Notes under the pieces: generated by a model
Told to the model about the DNA's origin: nothing
Databases searched by the model: none
The model's input: only the letters and a program-made list of their open reading frames with translations
Made by a program: the position numbers and the translations under genes
Source of the DNA: Candidatus Multivorans sp.
GTDB lineage: Bacteria > Acidobacteriota > Thermoanaerobaculia > Multivoradales > Multivoraceae
Direction of reading: 5' to 3'
Length of the DNA: 64,000 nucleotides
Assembly (NCBI GenBank): GCA_965247095.1
Contig: OZ251997.1
Coordinates: forward strand, 800,001 to 864,000
Shown: in pieces, positions 57,957-64,000 of the stretch
Position numbering within the stretch: the stretch's first letter is position 1
Layout of the letters: each line of letters opens with the position of its first letter

Positions 57957-59990
57957 TTGAACTACGACGGGCCCCGGGCGCTGGAGCTTCTCCGGCTTGG
58001 AACCGCGTTGCCTCGGGCGGCGTTCCGGCGCGGCCAAGAGGAGGCTGTCCAACATGTCGTCGAGGGGCGAGGCCGGCTCCTGGTTGTGCAGCGCACGGGA
58101 TGGGGCAAGAGCTTCGTCTACTTTGTCGCCGTCAAGCTCCTGCGCGAGGCCGGTATGGGACCGGCCCTTCTCGTGTCGCCGCTCCTGGCTTTGATGCGGA
58201 ACCAGATCGCCGCGGCGGAGCGGATGGGCGTCCAGGCGGCGACGATCAACTCCGACAACAAGGAGGTCTGGGAGCGCGTTGAGGGGGCGGTTCTCCGCGA
58301 CGAGGTCGACATCCTGCTCATCTCACCAGAGCGGCTTGGGAATCAACGCTTCGTTGAACGGGTCCTCGCTGCGGTTGGCGATCGGATCTCGCTGCTCGTT
58401 ATCGACGAGGCGCACTGCATCTCCGATTGGGGGCATGACTTCCGGCCGGACTACCGGCGTATCGGGAGGATCGTTGAGGCCCTGCCGCCCAATCTTCGTC
58501 TACTCGCGACCACGGCGACGGCGAACGACCGGGTCGTCCAGGACCTTCAGGCAGTGCTTGGGCCGAGTCTCGCCATCTCACGGGGCAGCCTGGACAGGCC
58601 TTCGCTGGCGCTGTGGACCATCCGGCTTCGCAGTCAGGCCGAACGGCTCGCCTGGTTGGCAGAGCAAGTGCCGGCGATGCCTGGCAGCGGCATCATCTAC
58701 ACGCTGACGGTTCGGGACGCGGAGCAGGTTGCGGATTGGCTCCGGAGCCGGGAGATGGTCGTCGAGGCCTATACAGGGGAGAGCGGCGATTGCCGCCCGG
58801 CACTTGAGCAGGCGCTGCTCGACAACGAGGTGAAGGCCCTCGTCGCAACTACCGCGTTGGGGATGGGCTTCGACAAACCGGACCTGGCCTTCGTCATCCA
58901 CTACCAGGCGCCCGGTTCGGTCGTGGCCTACTATCAGCAGGTGGGGCGAGCGGGCCGGGCTCTGGAATCGGCCCATGGCGTCTTGCTTGGCGGTGAGGAG
59001 GATACGGATATCACCGACTTCTTCATCAACACGGCTTTTCCAGAGCGCTGGCGGGTAGATGAAGTGATTGCGGCGCTGGAGGCGGCGCCGGACGGCCTTA
59101 CCGAGGCTCAAATCCTGGCGCAGGTGAACATCCGGCAGGGCCGATTGAAGCAGTTGTTGAAGATCCTCTCGCTTGAGGCACCGGCGCCTGTGGTGAAGGA
59201 GGGTTCCAGGTGGCAGTTGACGGCGGCGGAACTCAGCGAGGAGTTCTGGCAGCGAGTGGAGCGCTTGACCGCGCTACGGCGACAGGAACAGGAGCAGATG
59301 CAGGAGTATGTCGACCTGGACTCCGGGCATATGGAGTTCCTGATTCGGGCACTGGACGGAGATCCAGGCGACGTGACGGCCCAAACGCGTGTTGTCCTTC
59401 CGGTTGAGCCGAGCCGTAGCGCGGTGCTTGATGCGGTTGCCTTTCTCAAGGGCGCTTTCCGCGAGATCGCGCCGCGAAAGAGGGGCCCAAGAAAGATGAT
59501 CCCCCTGAAGAACAGAGCGGAGACTGGACGAGCGCTGTGTCACTGGAAGGATGCCGGGTGGGGGCGTCTCGTTCAGAGAGGGAAGTACGAAGAAGGCCGT
59601 TTCGCGGACGAACTGGTCGAGGCCTGCGTCGAACTGTTGCGGAACTGGAATCAGGAACCCGCGCCGCAGTGGGTAGCCTGCATCCCGTCACTCCGCCATC
59701 CGGAGTTGGTGCGCGATTTCGCCGAGCGGCTCGCCGTGGCGGCGGGCCTGCCGTTCCGGTCCTTGCTGGTGAAGGTGGAAGACCGCCCCGAACAGAAGAC
59801 CATGGAGAACAGCGCTCAGCAGGCAGCGAATGTCTGGGGCTCACTCGAAGTGGACGGTCGACCGCCGGCCGAACCGGTCTTGTTGGTAGACGACATCGTC
59901 GATTCCCGCTGGACGTGCACTGTCGCTGCATGGGTGCTAAGAAACGAGGGCAGCGGCGAGGTTTGGCCCTTGGCGCTGGCTCAGGCTTGA
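57957..59990 (+). CDS. RecQ-family helicase with C-terminal phosphoribosyltransferase-like domain
   Basis: QRTGWGKS, DEAHCISDWGHDFRP, TATA, ALGMGFDKP, QQVGRAGR; C-terminal IPS...VLLVDDIVDSRWT. TTG 57957 chosen (GGAG RBS). Confidence 0.88.
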   Translation: MNYDGPRALELLRLGTALPRAAFRRGQEEAVQHVVEGRGRLLVVQRTGWGKSFVYFVAVKLLREAGMGPALLVSPLLALMRNQIAAAERMGVQAATINSDNKEVWERVEGAVLRDEVDILLISPERLGNQRFVERVLAAVGDRISLLVIDEAHCISDWGHDFRPDYRRIGRIVEALPPNLRLLATTATANDRVVQDLQAVLGPSLAISRGSLDRPSLALWTIRLRSQAERLAWLAEQVPAMPGSGIIYTLTVRDAEQVADWLRSREMVVEAYTGESGDCRPALEQALLDNEVKALVATTALGMGFDKPDLAFVIHYQAPGSVVAYYQQVGRAGRALESAHGVLLGGEEDTDITDFFINTAFPERWRVDEVIAALEAAPDGLTEAQILAQVNIRQGRLKQLLKILSLEAPAPVVKEGSRWQLTAAELSEEFWQRVERLTALRRQEQEQMQEYVDLDSGHMEFLIRALDGDPGDVTAQTRVVLPVEPSRSAVLDAVAFLKGAFREIAPRKRGPRKMIPLKNRAETGRALCHWKDAGWGRLVQRGKYEEGRFADELVEACVELLRNWNQEPAPQWVACIPSLRHPELVRDFAERLAVAAGLPFRSLLVKVEDRPEQKTMENSAQQAANVWGSLEVDGRPPAEPVLLVDDIVDSRWTCTVAAWVLRNEGSGEVWPLALAQA

Positions 59991-59998
59991 GTGCAACG

Positions 59999-61108
59999 AT
60001 GACTGAGTCGCTTTCACCCAACGCAAAGGCCATCCTGCTGCTGACGGCGCCGTTGATTGTGGGCCGCGGGACGCCTAGGGACACGGTCGAGAGACCGCTC
60101 TCGCCGAAACGCGAGTACTCCGAGCTGGTGAGGCGTCTGCGCGAGATCGGGCGCGAGCCTGCGGACCTCATCGGCGTTGACGCGCTGCCCGTGCTCGACG
60201 AGTGTCTGGGGACCGCCGGACCCCGAATCGACCAGCACCGGATCGAGTTCCTGCTGGGGCGGGGAGTCCAGTTGAGTCTTGCCGTAGAACGGTGGCAGGC
60301 CCGGGCGATCTGGGTCTTGAGCCGGGCCGACGATGGGTACCCCAGGCGGCTGAAGGCGCGGCTTCGTGAGAAGACGCCTCCCATTCTCTATGGCTGCGGC
60401 GACCGGTCTTTAGTGGATAGGGGCGGCCTGGCAGTCGTCGGCCCGCGGGACGTCGGAACAAACCTGATCGACTACGCGCAGGCCGTCGGTGTACTTGCAG
60501 CCAGGTCAGGCCGGGCTGTCATCTCGGGAGCAGCCAGGGGGGTGGACCGGGCGGCGATGGCCGGTGCGCTCACTGCCGGTGGTTGGGCAGTGGGCGTGCT
60601 CGCCAACGACCTCGCTCGGGCCTCAACGCACCGGGAGAACAGGGATGCTTTGCTCGATGGGAGACTCGTGCTGGTCTCGCCGTACGATCCCACGGCGCGG
60701 TTCTTTGCCGGCCACGCGATGGAAAGAAACCACTCCGTCTACGGCCTCGCCGACGCATCGCTGGTCGTTGAGGCGCTAGTGGACCGGGGCGGTACTTGGG
60801 CTGGCGCCACAGCGCAGCTCGACAGGCGTTCAGCCTGTCCGGTCTATGTACGGTCGACCTTGGGCCACTCCGAAGGGCTTGCTGCATTGGAGGCTCAAGG
60901 AGCTCTACCGTGGCCGAATCCTCAGGACGCTGAGGAGTTCGGAGCGGCTCTCGACCAGGGCGTGGTCGAGACTGTGCTTCCCGGCGGGCAGCAGGCCTTG
61001 ATCGCGGAGCCCGCACCGCCGACCCTTGCGGAACCTCGTCGGGTCGCCGGCGCTGGGCGGTCGGGTGATTCTGGAGAAGGGCCGGGCGGCGGCAAAGACC
61101 GCAACTGA
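59999..61108 (+). CDS. DprA/Smf-like protein
   Basis: YPRRL..PPILYG.G, AVVGPR, ISGAARGVD, AMERN, GGTWAGA. Confidence 0.88.
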   Translation: MTESLSPNAKAILLLTAPLIVGRGTPRDTVERPLSPKREYSELVRRLREIGREPADLIGVDALPVLDECLGTAGPRIDQHRIEFLLGRGVQLSLAVERWQARAIWVLSRADDGYPRRLKARLREKTPPILYGCGDRSLVDRGGLAVVGPRDVGTNLIDYAQAVGVLAARSGRAVISGAARGVDRAAMAGALTAGGWAVGVLANDLARASTHRENRDALLDGRLVLVSPYDPTARFFAGHAMERNHSVYGLADASLVVEALVDRGGTWAGATAQLDRRSACPVYVRSTLGHSEGLAALEAQGALPWPNPQDAEEFGAALDQGVVETVLPGGQQALIAEPAPPTLAEPRRVAGAGRSGDSGEGPGGGKDRN

Positions 61109-61132
61109 CCCTAGCGCGGCAGAACTACCGGA

Positions 61133-61247
61133 GGCCGGCGCTTCGCGCCGGATGCGGGCAGGATGCCCGCGTGCCATCCGTGCGCCCGATGACGGGCGCA
61201 CGGAGTGGTTCGCGTGTGGCGCGGGTCGCGCCACACGGGTTCCCAGG
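61133..61247. repeat. REP-like element with a 68-bp double-hairpin insert
   Basis: Near-identical to 29817-29915; between convergent genes at the right edge of the defence island. Confidence 0.85.
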
Positions 61248-61332
61248 CCAGATCGTTCTGCCGCGCAGTCTCCTGGGACGGAAGAGGCTATCGAAGGCGC
61301 GACGAAGCCATCTCGTCACCTACTCCCCGCAC

Positions 61333-62907
61333 CTACTCCCCGCCGACCCGCTCCAGGTACACCGCCTCCAGCAGGTCGAGCTTGTCCTTGAGCACTCCCT
61401 CCGTGGCCTGCGGTTCCGGGGCGTCGAGAACCATCCAGGTGTCGCTGTCTCCGTCGTACCCGGGCCACTCCGGGGCGCCGTCGCCGTTCGGGTCGCCGGT
61501 GGCGGCGAAGCGGGTCCAGTAGCCGGCCATCGCATCGCCGAGGGCGGCGCCGTCGGCGCCGGGGTAGCGCTCGGACTCCGGGTTGTTCGTGTCGCCGAAG
61601 GCGTAGGCGACCTCGGAACCGTGGGGGGCCCCGGGGAACGTCTCGCGCTGGGCTTCGGGAACGAACTGGAAGTAGTAGGCCCATCCCGGCGAGGAGACGG
61701 TCTTCATCTGCTCCACGAGGTAGCGCGCCGAGATGACGTAGCGCTGGTCGCCGAAGAGGGTCGCCGCGGCGACGCGCTCGGCGTCGTCGTCGGTTCCTTC
61801 GTCCGCGCCGTAGAGACTTCGGGCCTGCTGTTCGCGGTCGCCGAAGGCGGCGAAGTAGTCATCGGGCGCCATCGCGAAGGCGCGGAAGATGGTCCCTTCG
61901 AAGCTGTTGCCGCCGGTGATGTAGGGCACGTCGTGCTGCTCGCCGCGGGCGAAGACGATGCCGGGCTCGTCGGGTAGCACGGTGCCCACAATCGGCACCC
62001 AGAAGCTTCCGCGCTGTGCGATGAGTTCCTCGAACGGAATCGCCCGCAGGCCGGCGCCGGAAGGGGCCTCGCCGAGATCGAAACCATCGTCGATCAGCTC
62101 GGCGCCCTGGTCGCGCGCCGAGGGCAGGCCCCACCTGGCTTCACTGATGTGGGGCAGGGACCAGGCGCCGTAGCCGCTCTCGGCGATCGCGCGGTGAAAC
62201 AGCCCTTCGGCGGCAGGGGCGCTCATCAGGGTGTTCACCGCCATCCCGCCCGCCGAGACGCCGAAGATCGTCACGCGCTCCGGGTCGCCTCCGAAGGCCG
62301 CGGCGTTGCGCTGGACCCACTCGAGAGCGGCCACCATGTCGAGCACGCCGTGGTTCGCCTCGGGTTCGCCGGCGGCCTCGGCCTCCGCGGCCAGGGCCGG
62401 ATGGGCAAAGAAGCCGAGCACGCCCAGCCGGTACTGGATGCTGACCACGACGACATCGCGCCGCGCCAGGCCGGCGCCGCGGCCTGTGACGGGCGCCTCG
62501 CCGAGCCGGCCGTTGCCGCCGACGAAGCCGCCGCCGTGAATCCACACCATGACCGGCAGCGGTTCGCTATCCGCGCGATCGGTTGGGGTCCAGACGTTCA
62601 GGTACAGGCAGTCCTCGCTGTGAGGGAGCTGGGCGCGGGGTTGCGGGCAGATGGGGGTGTGGTCGGAGGCTACGAGCGGCTCGGTCCAGGGGTCGGCAGG
62701 TTGGGGCGGACGCCAGCGCAGCTCGCCGTCCGGCGGTTGGGCGAATGGGATGCCCAGGAAGGCGGCGATGTCGGCGCTGCCTTCCGGAGCGAACCCCTGG
62801 ACCGGGCCGGCGTCGGTCTGGACCAGGAAGGGGTCGGCGGGCTCGCCGGTGCAGGCGAGGAGGGCGATGAGGGCGAGGAGGAAGGCGATGGAGGATGGAC
62901 GTTTCAT
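61333..62907 (-). CDS. Type B carboxylesterase/lipase, lipoprotein
   Basis: FLGIPFA, SEDCLYLNVW, WIHGGGF, FGVSAGG (GxSAG), GAPHGSE; lipobox LLAC. Confidence 0.92.
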   Translation of the reverse strand: MKRPSSIAFLLALIALLACTGEPADPFLVQTDAGPVQGFAPEGSADIAAFLGIPFAQPPDGELRWRPPQPADPWTEPLVASDHTPICPQPRAQLPHSEDCLYLNVWTPTDRADSEPLPVMVWIHGGGFVGGNGRLGEAPVTGRGAGLARRDVVVVSIQYRLGVLGFFAHPALAAEAEAAGEPEANHGVLDMVAALEWVQRNAAAFGGDPERVTIFGVSAGGMAVNTLMSAPAAEGLFHRAIAESGYGAWSLPHISEARWGLPSARDQGAELIDDGFDLGEAPSGAGLRAIPFEELIAQRGSFWVPIVGTVLPDEPGIVFARGEQHDVPYITGGNSFEGTIFRAFAMAPDDYFAAFGDREQQARSLYGADEGTDDDAERVAAATLFGDQRYVISARYLVEQMKTVSSPGWAYYFQFVPEAQRETFPGAPHGSEVAYAFGDTNNPESERYPGADGAALGDAMAGYWTRFAATGDPNGDGAPEWPGYDGDSDTWMVLDAPEPQATEGVLKDKLDLLEAVYLERVGGE

Positions 62908-62920
62908 GGTTGGAGATCCA

Positions 62921-64000
62921 TCAGCGGGCGTCGCCGCCGGCGGTGGGCGGAATCCCGGTTGCCGCTGCCGGCCGGCGGTCGGGTGTGACCGCGATGATCT
63001 GCAGCAGGTCGAGCATCGTCTGCCACCCGCGCTCGACGTTCTGGACCGATATCCGCTCGTTGTTGCCGTGCACTCCGCCCTGATCGGAGCTCGGGATGAC
63101 GACCGGCGAGAAGCCGTAGGCGACGATCCCGAGGTCGCGGAAGAAGTGGCTGTCGGTGAAGCCGGCGGTGACGGCGGGCAAGACCGTCGAACCGGGGTAG
63201 CGGCGTGCCGTGACGTTCTCGATGGCGCGGTAGAGCTCGGTATCGGTCGAGGAGACGGCCGGCGTGAAGGACATGAGGACCTCGATCGAGACCGACGGCT
63301 GGTCGAGGCTGGCTCTCAGGTCGCGGATGAAAAGGCGCGGGCTCTGATCGGGCAACAGGCGACAGTCGAGTTCGGCGCTTGCGGCGGGGGCCACGACGTT
63401 GATCTTGCTCGACGCTTCGAGCCGCGTGACCGCGCAGGTGTTCCTGGTCAGGGCGTGCAGCATCGGGTTCGTCCGGTGCAGGGCGGCGAGCCGCTCCGGC
63501 GCCGCGATCAGCCGTTCGGGATCGGCAAGATCGGCTGCCGCGGCCTCCAGGTCAGCCAGACTTCGGAAGAAGTCGCCCACAGCGGGCACGATACGAGGCG
63601 CGAAGGGGTTCCGACCCAGACGCTCCAGCGCTTCGACCAGGTCGGTTACCGCGCTTCGTGGGGACGGACTCGAGCCGTGGCCGGCGGGACCCACCGCGTT
63701 CAGCCTCAGCCAGAGCGGCACCTTCTGCGTCACCTCGACGCTGAACGCCACGCGGTTGCCCAGAATGCGCCCACTGCCGCCCTCGTTCAGGAGCAGACCG
63801 ACACCTTCGAGAAGGTCCGGCCGGTTGCGGACGAGCCAGCCGGCGCCCTTCAGACCCCCGGCCTCTTCGTCCGCCGTGGCGAGGAAGATGACGTCTCGGT
63901 TGAGGGGCTTGCCGGAGCGGGCGAGGGCGAGGAACGCCTCCAGGTGCATGATGCCCAGACCCTTGGTATCCAGGGCCCCCCGACCGTAGAGGTAGCCCTC
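62921..64000 (-). CDS. M20/M25/M40 family metallopeptidase, 5' partial
   Basis: GRGALDTKG (read upstream of the ORF-track start), ADEEAGG, NEGG, GHGSSP, GFTDSHFFR, VHGNNERI. Confidence 0.88.
   Translation of the reverse strand, partial: EGYLYGRGALDTKGLGIMHLEAFLALARSGKPLNRDVIFLATADEEAGGLKGAGWLVRNRPDLLEGVGLLLNEGGSGRILGNRVAFSVEVTQKVPLWLRLNAVGPAGHGSSPSPRSAVTDLVEALERLGRNPFAPRIVPAVGDFFRSLADLEAAAADLADPERLIAAPERLAALHRTNPMLHALTRNTCAVTRLEASSKINVVAPAASAELDCRLLPDQSPRLFIRDLRASLDQPSVSIEVLMSFTPAVSSTDTELYRAIENVTARRYPGSTVLPAVTAGFTDSHFFRDLGIVAYGFSPVVIPSSDQGGVHGNNERISVQNVERGWQTMLDLLQIIAVTPDRRPAAATGIPPTAGGDAR

Noticed and set aside
59999-61108. dprA as part of a natural competence locus
   Set aside because: No com genes nearby; the context is a defence island.
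29761-61247. Dispersed palindromic repeats as a possible CRISPR or attC array
   Set aside because: Copies are isolated, not regularly spaced, have no spacers, and there is no cas or integron integrase gene; they fit REP-like elements.
39557-61250. Calling the island a mobile element
   Set aside because: No integrase, transposase, tRNA target or flanking direct repeats were found by eye.

Overview
High-GC bacterial chromosomal segment. The gene content suggests Acidobacteriota (Thermoanaerobaculia-like, possibly host-associated), which is an inference. The left 39 kb contains: a non-canonical alternative-complex-III-like operon (actA-actB-actE followed directly by a cytochrome bd-like membrane subunit) with a divergent SCO gene; several c-type cytochromes; a pseudopilin; an arylsulfotransferase-like surface protein and a collapsed paralog; a decaying CP-ATP-grasp/alpha-E/transglutaminase operon; a partner-switching signalling cluster; a MacAB-like ABC exporter; and housekeeping genes (serC, DAACS symporter, GDPD). 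About 39.6-61.1 kb is a ~21.5 kb defence island that starts at a truncated vapC gene. It is a type-1-like BREX system (brxA-like, brxB, brxC, pglX, pglZ, brxL) with three extra cassettes: ABC-ATPase + DUF4276/TOPRIM-like, a coupled HEPN + ParA/MinD-like (KGGVGR) ATPase + P-loop ATPase triad (the best candidate for an uncharacterised system), and RecQ-PRTase + DprA. pglX contains a G9 tract that may be a phase-variation switch. A REP-like repeat family with a covarying double-hairpin insert and several internally deleted gene remnants are also present. I saw no rRNA, tRNA, CRISPR array or integrase. Family names come from motif recognition, not database searches.
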